Source: Octopus vulgaris (taxonomy: Eukaryota). From it: 64,000 nt of DNA. Position numbers and translations under genes: made by a program. The DNA is taken from positions 105,214,001-105,278,000 of the forward strand of contig OX597818.1 of the NCBI GenBank assembly GCA_951406725.2. Direction: 5' to 3'. The notes under the pieces are model-generated. The model made no database searches. It was not told the origin of the DNA and was given only the letters and a program-made list of their open reading frames with translations. Shown in pieces: positions 1 through 12,371 of this stretch (position 1 is its first letter; each line of letters begins with the position of its first letter).

Positions 1-1329
1 ACTGATCATGTTTTAAATCCAATGTAACCTGTATAGTCTAAGTTGTTATTTTAAAAATATCCCTTACTATAATGTTTATATATTTCTTCCTCTATAATCA
101 CCTATGAAATATATTCTTATATAACATTTTTACATTAAAATAACAACTTTTTGTTTCAATTTATAACTTAGCCTATTGAAATTATTATTTTCTTGAAATA
201 ATTCAGTTTAATTCATTGATTTGTGAGAAAATGATAGTAGGATTATAATAAACAATTATTTTAATGAATCTGGTATGATTTAGGCTACCTCTTCTTTAGA
301 GAGCAAGAGTGACCAAATCAATAAGGTACTGGACAAACTAGTTAAAATTTAAGTTTGTACTTGTCTTGAATAATAAGATATCAAGTCAAGATGTTTATCT
401 CTATACATCTGAGTCTACCTAAATAGGTAACATGAATTTTATAATTCATAACTGTAGGCAGCTGCTCTCTGAAATTGTTGTGAATATTTTGTTGGCTAAC
501 AGTGCTGTGTTTTCAGATCCAATGTCAGGAATAAATAACTGAAATAAATTGGCATCTCGGTTTCTCTCCACTTGCGTTATGGAAACTAAAGATGGATTCT
601 TGTGGATTTTTGTTAGTATTTGATGATTTGATCTGGATACTGAAAACTACAAAATTTCTATTTAAATTAACTATTTAACCTGCCTGTCAACAAGATTGTC
701 AGCTCCTCCTCCAGGTCATGATACAAAATCATAATTATTCAGATATGTTTTTGTTTTTTTTTTTCACTTCCATTATGATGATTATTGACCTTTAGTGATA
801 CAAGTCTCAAATCCTATTAGCTAAGGAATATAGTGTGTTCTCTCTATACAATTATCTTTCATAAAATGGATAAATAACTTCTGCAAGAATATATTTTTAA
901 AATCAGAATCAAAATGATTAAGATATTTGTACATTTGACAAATTTAAAAAACCCATTTCAGAATCATATTTTACAATATAGTTAGTATTAAAATCTTTAA
1001 TTACCATTTAGTATACCAGTCAAGTAAATCTTAAGTGAATGATTAAAATATATGATTCAGCCAACTGAACATGTGAAAGAGCATCCTGACTTAATGTTTT
1101 AGAATATTAAATAGTATCTGAGTAGCCTTTATCAAAATGTATCTTCAAATAGTTTCTATAACAATATTCTTTTCAATTTTACAGAATTAATATTTCCAAA
1201 GCTTCTTTCTGCAGCTCTTCAATGTCCCAGATATTTTCACATGGTTAGCTTTGTATTTTTTTCTAACTCTTTTCATTTTAGTTAATGATTGCTATATGTA
1301 ATGTGCATTTTTCTCTTAATCTTTTACAG

Positions 1330-4076
1330 AAAATTGGGATTTCCGTTCCACAAATCTGAAAAAAAATGGACACCTCTTGAAGTCTGCAGAGTTGAAGAAA
1401 CGAGGTATTACACGCTATGATGCTGAGATTCTCCTTTCTCAGGGTATCAACTTGCCTGAACCTAAAGTGGTGCTGGAGCGTCAGTTACCAGTCTCAATCA
1501 ATGGCAGTCGGTCAGTTAATTTGAGTGAAGCTAAAAATAGCTTAGCTGTAGCTTCCATTATGCACAGAGACCAAAGGAATGCTAGAAGAAAACGAGCCAG
1601 ACAAAGCCCAAATAAATCAGTCCACAAGAATGGGTGTACTGAAGTTGGTACAGCTGCTGCATCTTCAGAAGAAATGAAAGCAACACCATCTGATGGTACT
1701 GCTCGCATTCCTGATATTTCTATTGCTGATGAAGTACCAGCTGAGCTGTCTGTGAGTTCCTCACAACAGACAAAAGAAACCTTTTCTTCGACTGCTATTG
1801 TTCCATCTGCATCTGAACTTAGCAATGAACAAGCAAAGACTGAAGCTTTCAAATCAGACAGCCAGTCAGCTGTTCTACATCTTAATAAAAGCAAGAATCC
1901 TTCTAAATTAGATGCAGCAGATACTGTCAGTGATAGTTGCAACAATGGCAGCCTAACAAATGGGAATTCTCAGTTCAATCAAGACAATTATCAACTTGAT
2001 TGTAAAGGCGCCCAAAGGGAAAATCCAGAAATTGAGTTAGTTCCACCATCACTTGCATTACCATCAGAGACACTGAAGCAGGAAACAAAACAGGGCCAAA
2101 CACTCTCAGCATTAGTTCTCAATGGAGAAGACAATACTAAAATAGAATTAAAGACAGCTATAGAGTCAGAAATTTCACCATTAGTTCCTGCTAAAAATAT
2201 ATGTCAAAAAGATTTTTACCCAACCACCAATGAAAATTCTCAAAAACTAGAAACCCCCTCCAAAATTTCATGCCTGACTAATGGAGATACTGCTGAAAAG
2301 TTGGGAGGACAATCTGATTGTTTGCGACCCAATCAGCTGACCATCAACAGTAAGAATGACTGCTGGAAGTCATTGACTGACAGTGAGATTGCAGCTTCAA
2401 CACACTCCATGGCCAACCTGCAGGTCAGTGATGTGTCTATGGATAGTACAGCAATCTACAATCAAGATAAGAAACCTTTTATAAACAAAAGCAAACATCC
2501 TATTTCTCTAAAAAATAATACTACTGTCAGGTCAAGTCCTCGACTGCGGCAAAAACCATTTGATCAAAATTCCTCTGATGGTCATGATGATGAAACTAGT
2601 TCAAAGATGAATGGTGAGTTTCTGTCTGATATACTAGACTCTCCCTCAAAAAGAACAAAATCCACAGATACAGAAAACATGCCTCTTGAAACGGACCCTA
2701 TTTTTTTCCCAAAGAGCATCAAAATGGAACTTGCATCACCCAAAAATATAAAATCAGAAGTATTGTCTCCCCAAGGAGATTCAGAACAAAATGTCATACC
2801 TTCTTTTCCTCCACTTCTTTCTAAGATCAAAGTTGAATGTTTTCCACCTAAAATCTCACACACAGATACTTTATTTCCTAGTAGCCCCACTAATACAGAG
2901 AGTATCTCCGTTCCAAAAATTAAAAGAGAAGATAATCCTTTCCTTTATTACACTTCTGAAAACATAGCCAAGTCTCCTCAAACAGCTAAGTTGTCTTCCC
3001 AGTTTAGTGAAAAAACATCTAATTCTCTAAGCAACAAAATCCTTCTGTCTACCCCTTGTCATAAGGCCCATAGTGCTCCTAGCTCTCAAAAGCATTCTCA
3101 GTCTGATGAAGTTTTTAAGCATTCATTTCTGCAATCTAAGATTCAGTCTACTCCACCTCATCTTAATTCTATTCATGCAGCAGCTGATGTTAGTGCTGGT
3201 TTGCAGAGGACTTCTAAAATAGAAGCATCTCAGTTTTCTGAGAAGCCTTCTGGCCTTGTGCCTTCCCCTCAATCTGATGTCCTACCATCACCTGTGCAAA
3301 CAACAAAATTTGATTTGATAAATCAGTCAGTACCTAAAGTATGTGTAAATTTATTAGATAAGTTCTCTGAAACCAGCCCAACATCATACACTCTTCTTAA
3401 CACACCAGGAAGTTTGAAACTGCGCATTCGTGACCCTAGTATAAAATCTAGCTTCCCTGAAATAACTCGAAAAATGTTCAACCAACAGTGTAAAAAAAGC
3501 AGTCCTATAGCAGCTGCAGGGAGCAAACACCACAAATTGACTAATACAAAACGCAAGCATTCACTGCCTCGTTGCCATACGCGATATGATAGCAGCCTGG
3601 AAACTGAATCACAATATAAGATTCCTAAATTGACTATCCGCATGCGTCGAGACCCAATCCTGGAGGAACACCTATCTTCCAATCAATCAAACTGTGTCCT
3701 CTTTGATCTAGAGGATTCATCATCATCCTCATCATCATTATCATCATCCTCGTCCTCATCCACATCATCATCTTCGTCGTCATCATCATCATCATCATCA
3801 TCTTCCGCACCTCGGGAAGCACATTGTGATAGGTCCTCCTCTTCATCTTCCTCACACAAACACAGACGCCATCACAGAAACAGTAGCAGCAGCAGCAGTA
3901 ACATTTCAAAACATACTGAACATTCCTATCTGGCAACTCAAAAACAAACCAAGTCAAACCTTGATTATCACTACCAGTCGTGCCGGCCAATCCAAACAAC
4001 ACCAAAAAAGTTACGGTTAAAATTACGAGATTGTGCATTTGAGCTCCACATCCCACCTGGTAGTATAGCAGAATAA
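1330..4076 (+). CDS. KMT5B: Terminal coding exon of histone H4K20 methyltransferase SUV4-20/KMT5B-like (C-terminal disordered region; SET domain upstream of window)
   Basis: Acceptor ttttctcttaatcttttacAG ends at 1329 (phase 1). The frame is open from 1332 (NWDFRSTNLKKNGHLL...) to TAA 4074-4076, so the TTG 'start' at 1377 is not a real start. Motifs ITRYDAEILL, IPKLTIRMRRD and PKKLRLKL match, in order, the recalled vertebrate KMT5B motifs ITRYDAQLIL, IPKLTLRRRHD and PAKRLRLIV. Confidence 0.82.
3716..3806 (+). repeat. Coding (TCA/TCN)n repeat encoding a poly-serine tract
   Basis: tcatcatcatcctcatcatcattatcatca... is in frame and gives about 30 residues that are nearly all Ser. Confidence 0.95.
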
Positions 4077-7000
4077 ACAAATTGTTTCATTAGAGCTACT
4101 GAATTTTGGAAGAAAGAAAAAAAAAATTTTATTTAAGGATGTTACCAATAAAAATATAAGCTCCAAACCCTGTTAACTAGGTATGTGTCTCAGCTTCATA
4201 AGCAAAGAAAGTAATATCGAGAAGAAATAATATTGAAGCAAGTTGTCTCTGTAAATTTGTGTTGCTGTGCTGGTCTTTTGGTTGTCCTGTATTGTGTATT
4301 CTAGTTATCTGCTGGCCTTAATTGTTTGGTTCTAATGCCACTCAGTTATGGCTTCGTGTAAGATCAATGTAGCACCTTACTTTAAACCAACTGTTAGCCA
4401 TTCTTTCTGACACTGTAACCTTTATTTGCTGAGCTACTTGGAATATTAAAGGAGACATCATCACATTTTAATTTCCTCTTGCCTACATGAGGGTCTCTCT
4501 CTATCTCTCTTTTTTTTCTTTCTTTCTCAATAGCATAAAATATATGAAATGTCAGTAGCTATTATTTCATAGGAAGTAAATTTAAGCTGTTCTTTTATTG
4601 CCGTGTTTCTACAATTTGACTCATTAGTAATGTGCTTTATTTTGCTACTTCAGCTCAGGAGAGTCGATAAAATTAATTTCAGAGTCAAGAGATTTCTAAC
4701 AAAAATTGTTACTGAACTCAGTATTTGCTGTGAAGATATTTAGAGTCTCTTGCTATAACCTGATTTTATCGTTGCTGAATGATATGGCTGTTTAGTTTAT
4801 GCTAACTTGTATTTAAAAACCCCTCCACTGAATATCTTCCATTTAAAAAATATATATATATATTCCCCCCCTCCCCCACTCAGTGTGGGAAAACAAAGGG
4901 CAGAAAACTCACATAAAAATCCATTTTTCTTTTTCTGGGTTTATTCTAGTTACAAATGGGAGCAAGTTAATATTACTGTATGTATGTATATATATATACA
5001 TATATATAATGGAATTATTGACCTCAATTTATAGAATTTATTACTAATTTAAATGTCACTTTTTAAATTGAATTGTTTTTTTTTTATTTTATTTTATCAA
5101 TGTCTTATTACATCTTAGTTAAAACAAATATTTTTTCCATGTTTTTCATTCAGTTTTTAAACAGTGCTGATCATCTGGAAAGAATCTTTGTATAAAGATT
5201 GCATTTCACTATGAAATTTGTTTATTAATATTTCATTGATTAATGTACTTAACAATTAAAATTTAGTTTTTTTTTTTTTTTTTTTTTTTAATGCTTAAAC
5301 TAAGTTTATTTTGTGATTCTAGGGTATGGCCTTTTTTTTTTAAAGTTGATGAAATATTTTTTTTATAAATGTAATAGAACTCTGCTATTAGAATGTTTTT
5401 TTCTTCTTTCAAAATCTTTTTACATTGTTAACTACTGTTTGGTAATATTTCTAAAATTAGCAACATTTTAGTCTCTGTTAAGTTTCTCTAAAAGATAATC
5501 AACTTTATTTCACATTATAGTAAAGTGATTGCAGATCATTCAGCTGTTGAATAATTTTCCTCCTCCTCTTTTTAAATCGTTTTCAGAGGAATGCCTTAAG
5601 ACAAAGTGGAATTTGAGAGTTGACCAAGGTTAACCTTAACTAATCTTGGCAATTTGTTCTTGTTAGTATCTCTATTTTAGATTTGAACAAATTTATGATG
5701 AAATGCAATTAATCTTACCTTTCCTTTTTTTTTTTTTCCTGCTGTGTAAACATTTCAACATTTAACCCAGTTCCTATTTCATATCAGTACCATAGTTTTC
5801 CCTTAAACTCATTGCAGTCCCTAACTTATATTTTTCCATCTTGATCTTGAGATAATTTTATAGTTTGTAAAGCATCTTAAATTGGTTAAATTAGTCACTT
5901 GTTACCCCACCTACCCTCTCACACACATATCTGTATGCCCATATAATTGCCTGCTTTAGAGTCTTAAAGTTGATTCTATCATAGTTTTACTTTTTCATTT
6001 CTGTTATCTAATTTCTGAAGCTTTAGAGAACATGAATAGTTTATTTTTGTATGTCATTACTTAAAAAAACAAAATGTCTTTGGCAAAACTGAAAGTGACC
6101 ACTTGTTCAGTAAGTTTCAGGTAATTTTTAGATTTTTAAATAGTCTATGATAATTAAAAGAGATAATTGGTTTGACCATATAGTCTTATGCAGTGTATTT
6201 CATATTGAAAATTCCTTGTCTCTTATTGGGAAAAATGGATCATTAAACCTTCCAAGTCTGGAAATCTTCCAGTTTAACTTTGATGCAGCCAGTAAATTTA
6301 CTGTATTATGAATGCTAACTTGATGGTTGCACTGTTATTATTGGGAAATCCTTTCATTAATTTATTTTCCTAAACATTTTAAATTGTCATTGTTTTGAAT
6401 GCTTGGAACAAATATTTTGCTGATATTTGTTGATAATACTGTTTCCTTTTTTTCTCTCTCTCTCTTACCCATCAAATTTTAACTTCACAAAGTATTCTTA
6501 TACACTGACACAAACAGAAAATTGTCAATCAATTAAGGTTTTGATATTGTGGTCAATTTCAAATGCTTTATTTAGTAACCACAAAGCTTGCTGCATAACC
6601 ATGGCATGTATTTGTTGCTGTTTCAAATTTGTTAAATATTTGTCTCATCTTATTGTCTAGTCTGTAAGCTAGCTAAGTTTGTATATTAAACTAATAACAA
6701 CATATGTGGAAAATGGTATGGAAACTCGTTTTTGTGTATCTGTCTTAGTAATGTCTCAATAAACACTACTTTAGATAGAAATTCTAAAGATATTTGAATT
6801 GATTGCTTACATATATAATGCTGTGAATAAAGGGATTTCTTAGGAAATTCCAAGGCATGGTAAAACCAGTCTCCTTATCTTAACTTCAGTATGCAGGACA
6901 TTAGCTGATGGTGACCTTATTCGGGTTTCTGAAGATCTTGGAGAATTTTCTTTAATGACAACTATTATCCCAAAGGAATTGATAAATTTACAAAACTTGC

Positions 7001-8010
7001 TTTTAATCAATTTTTCTGTTAGATTAGATCTTTGTAGTGAGTACTTTATAATACAAACTTTTCTTTCTTGTCTTAATTTTGTTGTCTTAGTTGAATTAAT
7101 ATTTAACTTATGGTTCTCTTACTTGCATCCATCTACATTTTCTTTTTACAAATTTTTTTAAAAATTTATTTTTTTAGTTTCTGATGTCAAGTTAATATTT
7201 ATTTAACATACAGAGCTGTGTCCATCATTTTATAAATTGATTGGAATAGAATGAAATATATTGATGTATTTAAACCAGTAGGTCAGTGAAAGACCCACAC
7301 TTTCAATAACTGCTAGTTTGAAATGAGACAAATTTTTTCTTGGCATATTTATTGGAACTACTGTAGTGGAGTTGTTTGTCTCTATCTTCAATTTAGTTGT
7401 TTGAAAGATTTTATAATGTCATGTTTCTTGGGTTTTGCTTCTACATTTCTTATTTCATGTTTATTGGATGTAGCATATTGTTATATCTCCAACAACAATC
7501 CCTACTAAAATATTTAACAGATTTTTCAATGAAATTTATTGATCTGTCTACTTGGTGTCTTCATAACTCAGTGACTGTTTAAATTTAATTTCAGTGGATA
7601 CCTTATTTATTTAACATAATTAAATGTTAACTTTTACTCTATAAATTCCAAAATAAAAGAAACTTTCCCCACCATTCTTAAGGATGTAATTTGTTTTTGT
7701 TAGGATTCAAAATATATATATTATACATCAAGCTCTGAACTACTTAGCTGGTGCTAAATCTAACAAGATTTCTTCATTGTACCAATTAAACTTAAGTTAG
7801 AAAAATGTTCTTTCTTTGCTAGGCTCTCCGGCTATAACCAGTGTTAAGACAGCATGTACTGACATTTCATTTATTCTATTTACATGGGGGTCTCATTTTT
7901 GTTCTTTTTTCTACCCCCTTCCATCTGTTTACAAGGTGACTAAAGCTGTACATGGAATTGTATATAATATTTGCAATAAAGTAAGAAAAAAAAGGATTTT
8001 CTATAACAGT
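4077..8010 (+). other. Putative long 3'UTR of the KMT5B-like gene
   Basis: T-rich with poly-T tracts and free of the SINE/LINE/DNA repeats that saturate the rest of the window. Several AATAAA hexamers are present. Confidence 0.55.
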
Positions 8011-8080
8011 TTTCTTTGTTTTCATTCTAAACTTTAACTGAAATAGTGTTGTTGTTTTTTTGTTTTTTTTTTTTTGTGAA
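7975..8080 (+). terminator. Candidate distal polyadenylation signal
   Basis: AATAAA at 7975-7980 with upstream TGTA motifs and downstream T/GT-rich runs (gtgttgttgttttttt). Repeats begin just after it. Confidence 0.5.
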
Positions 8081-8164
8081 GTCCTCTGCTTAACAGGTTT
8101 TTAGTTCACTAAATGGTAATATTAACTTTAGAGGGATACAACCCATCACTTTATAATGTTTACA

Positions 8165-8317
8165 ATTTACATTAGTTGGACTGGTGTCCTCATCTTGTTT
8201 GTTGCTTTCACTGTTTTAGTTGTAATCTCTAGCCATCAAGATGTCTTGTGGACACCGGTCCATCTAATGTAAACGCTACATAATATAAATTCCTCCTCTC
8301 AGAATTATAGAATTGTG
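8165..8317 (-). mobile_element. Old, degenerate copy of the small Penelope-like element seen at 34197-34523
   Basis: Shares tgtcctcatcttgtttgttg and ccatc.aatgtaaa...aattcctc.tctc...atagaa.tgt with that element. Confidence 0.6.
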
Positions 8318-9065
8318 CCATCACTGTATGTTTAGTAAATTCCTTTCAGCTTTAAGGCTACCATTAAAAGTAATTGATTGACACAGGCCCACCTCTCTAA
8401 AGTTTACTTAATTTTAGTTGTATTGAATATCTACAATATGAACCCCTGAATATATATATATAACACTATGACAGAACCTCTGCATGGTCACTCAAGCTAA
8501 TTCCATTGCATTAACTTCTTAAGGAAGAACATCTGTTACCCTGGAGACATTGTTTAATGATCATGATTTTGCCCAACAAGGGAGTGTTATGCAATCACTC
8601 AGCTTGTTTGGATAGCAGCCAACTCTCCTTCATGTCAATCTTGAAATATAGTGAGGCAGAATCTAAGTTTACATACTGGGCGATTCTTGCTGGAGAACAT
8701 TTCTGATTCTATTAGTACAGTAAATTTTCCTGTGCCAGCACTAAATCCGTAATAGCTTGACATGTAAAGTGATTGTTTTAGAGGGAAATAATGTCAAGCC
8801 ATTATGTAGAATGAAAGATGACTGGGTTTGGATACATTTGACATATAGAAAGATTTTAAATATTACCTACAGTAAGAAAAAAAGCGACTGATGGTGGTAT
8901 TTATTCCTTAAAGTTCATTTTATTGGTTTCAATCTGCCTTCAAGGATTTTGATCAATTATTTAACCTGGTACTTATTTCATCGAAGTTGAAGAGTTGCCT
9001 CCCCTTATGAATAAACTACAAGAACACACCAGTAAACAAGCTTGCATATTTTTTCTAATATATAC

Positions 9066-10570
9066 ACTAGCAAACGCAGCCGTCCTTTGGATGGTTTAAG
9101 TTGTTTGGTCTTAATTTTTTTCACCAACTGAACTGCCTAGAAGGTTTATGAGTAGCATGGCAATCTATGTTTCCAATTAACCTTGAAATGGAAAATGAAA
9201 TTGAAGGCTGGTTATTGTGGAGGTAGATGCTCTTTAATGATCATAGAGCATATAAGTTTGCAAGTGATGCAAAGTAGAGCTGCTGAAGTGTTTTGGGAGT
9301 AGATTACAGATAATGACTACAAAATATAGTTGTTTTACATGAAAGCGAAATTTCTTGTCAGAAACAGCCACAAATGATGTAAAGAAGACATTGAAACTTC
9401 CCCTGTGTGAGTTTATTTTATTCAACAGCAAAGGGAGCTTTTTTTTTTTTTTTTTTTTTTGAGGAATAAGCTAACAAAAGCTCCTTTATTCACATAGCCT
9501 GTGCATAAACATCGAATGCTGCATCAAGTTAAATTGTATGGAGCTTTCTGAAAGATGTGTAGCTTTCATTAGTGGAAGCAAAACTCTTATTTAAAGGATG
9601 TTTCTCTAGGATGAATCATGTGATTGTTTAAAAAGGGCTTGAAAAACAATGCTAAAATATATTTGAAACAACAGACAAAAGTTGAAATATAATGGATGGG
9701 TAAATAAGCATCCTTAAAGTGAAACAAAGGTATCGAGAAGAGGGAAGGTAACCTCAACTTTCAAGTAACTCCGAATAGGTAAAGGTAAGCTTGCAAAAGT
9801 TTAATGCAGTTTAAATATGTAGATTAAGATAGTTTGGTATTGGATATTCATTGCATACAGTTCTAGTCAATTGAATCACCATTGTAGGTGGACTGCAGAA
9901 TTAAATAGACAAAATCCTTTCACTTCAGCAGCTCTACTTTGCATCGCTTGCAAACTTATATGCTCTATGATCATTAAAGAGCATCAACCTCCACAATAAC
10001 CAGCCTTCAATTTCATTTTCCATTTCAAGGTTAATTGGAAACATAGATTGCTATGCTACTCATAAACCTAGGCAGTTCAGTTGGTGAAAAAAATTAAGAC
10101 CAAACAACTTAAATGATTAAAAGGTATGGAAGACCCTACATACAAAAAAACTATGTCCATTTACATCCAATTACATGTGAGCTCTGGGCAAAATGTTACA
10201 GTATATGACCATCGTTGGGACATAAGTAATGTACATGTAAAGTTTAGCGAAAATCAGTTGAGAATTGTGGAAATGTATGTGTTAGTCATACACACATACT
10301 GTGAGTTATATAGGTAGACTGGAAATAAATAAAATCCTTTCACTTTTATAAAAAGATTAAAAGAAGTATGGAAAACCCTACATAAATAAAAATAAAACTA
10401 TGTCCATTTATGCAGGAGCTCAGGGCAAAATGTTATAGTGCATGGCTATCCTTGGGACATAACGTAATGGATGCGTAAAGTTTGGTGAAAATCGGTTGAG
10501 AATTGTAAAATGTATGCATTAGTCATTATACACACACACACACACATACTGTGATCTATATATACTAGAT
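9066..10570. mobile_element. Non-autonomous rolling-circle (Helitron/Helentron-like) element with internal rearrangements
   Basis: Begins ACTAG followed by a GC hairpin (gccgtcc-ttt-ggatggt) and ends ...aaatcggttgag...(CA)n...tatatactagat. The ~210 bp terminal unit is present twice (10114-10320, 10355-10570). No TIR or TSD. Confidence 0.5.
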
Positions 10571-10849
10571 AAGTGAATGAATCTTTGTTGGGTTCTACAG
10601 AGAATATTCAGTTGTTTGATCACCTGCACATTATACTGTAAGTAGCTGAATATTCCACAGACACATTCAGAATCAATGTGATAAGGCTGGATTACAATTT
10701 CAGGTTTGTGTCAACCAGTGACCATAGTAAATGACACTTGGCCAAGATTCCACAGTAAGATCAAACCTGGAACTCCATGATTGCAAACCAAACTTCTTAG
10801 CCATTTGGCTATGCTACATGCATTTTATATATAGATAGATAGATTTGAA

Positions 10850-11240
10850 ATTTTCACACAAGACCAACAGTTTTGGGGAGGTGTAGATTGATTACATCGA
10901 CCCCCAGTGCTCAACTGGTACTTATTTTATCAAAGATGAATGGCAAAGTTTGAAGTCAGAATGTACAGACATGAAATGTCATTTAGCATTTTGCCCAATG
11001 TGCTAATGATTCTACCATCCCACCACCTTGTTTTCAAATTTTGGCACAGGGCCAGTGTGTTCGAGGGAGGATGTAAGTCAATTACATTGACCCCAATACT
11101 CAACTGGTACTTATTTTATTGACCCCGAAAGGATGAAAGGCAAAGTCAACCTCGACAGAATTTGAATTCAGAACAATGAAGGATGAAATGCCACTAAACA
11201 CTTTGATTGGAATGCTCACAATTCTACCAGCTTGCTGTTT
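10850..11240 (-). mobile_element. Two tandem copies of a tRNA-derived SINE with a Meta-like central domain (others near 22290, 32210, 38875, 57340, 57545)
   Basis: Recurrent ctggtacttattttatcgaccccgaaaggatgaaaggcaaagtcaacctcg..gaatttgaactcag, with a B-box GTTCAAATTC on the - strand. Confidence 0.75.
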
Positions 11241-11589
11241 TTATATATATATATATACATGAATATACATGACATGACAGACTTTCACAGTTTCTGCTTC
11301 CAAATTTCATTCACAAAGCCTTAGTGAACCCATGGCTATGGAAGAAAACTTTCTAGTGTGTTACATCCTGTGGTTGTGAAGTAAATTTTTTAACCACTTG
11401 TACACCTATTATGTAATTAAAGAACGGCATATCCACTGTTTCTAAATTTGCTTAAGTGTATGTTTCCGTTTACACCAGGATTCTTTTGCTCAACATTTAT
11501 ATATATGATCCCTCACTATGTAAAAAATTTTTTTTAAAGTGCTTCATAAATGTCTACCAGCTATTTAATAATTTTACATAACGTAAAAA

Positions 11590-11878
11590 CGTCGCCCTTT
11601 TCAAGCCTAGCCAGGCTCATGGTCCCAGTTTCCTGGTTTCTGTGGAGTATGTGTTCCCCCCAGCTGGACGGGACGCCAGTCCATCGCAGCGTTACTCAAG
11701 AAACAGGAAGATAAAGTTCTGGCGAAAGAGTACAACAGAGGTCGTCACTCCCCCCCCCCTCCTGCCTGAGCCTCCTGGAGTTTTTAGGTGTTTTCACTCA
11801 ATAAACATACACAACGCCCAGTCTGGGAATTAAAACCGCGAGTCTGCCACTCTAACCACTGGGCCATTGCGCCTCCAC
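11590..11878 (-). mobile_element. tRNA-derived SINE (second family) with V-domain-like 3' part
   Basis: - strand head gtggaggcgcaatggcccagtggttagag (A box) and downstream gcgatggactggcgtcccgtccag. Confidence 0.7.
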
Positions 11879-12371
11879 AATAATTTTACATAGGTATTCA
11901 ATAATTTGCATATGTTTAGATCTAAATGTTTTCACCATTCATTCCAAGGTGAATCAAACAAGTTTGATTTAGAAATAAATTTGTGTCATTTTAGTAGTTC
12001 CTAAGAATAGAATTAAGCTGGATAGGTCTAGTAGCTTAATACTGAGTTATGTCACTACCACCTCACCCCAGCTCATAACAATAGAGAAGTAAAGAAATGA
12101 GAATATTCACATGTGTAAACAATAAAACAGCAAAATAAATAAAATAAAATAAAATTTTGACTATTGATAGAAAGTCCCTCACGATCCAAATTTCTGAGTC
12201 AGTTTCAGTCATTGGTAGACACATAGTCATTTCAGCCAACGAAGGAGCTTTGTATATAATCAATTACTAAACTTGTTTAAAATAGAAGCTAAATTTTTCT
12301 TACCATCTTAAAATCAGAATAGATACATTAGTTGATATAGTCCTATGTATCTATCATATATATATATATAT

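Noticed and set aside
3634-4080. 148 aa minus-strand ORF with poly-Met, and other antisense ORFs at 1481, 2582 and 3323
   Set aside because: Shadows of the KMT5B-like exon. The poly-Met is the reverse of the (TCA)n Ser tract.
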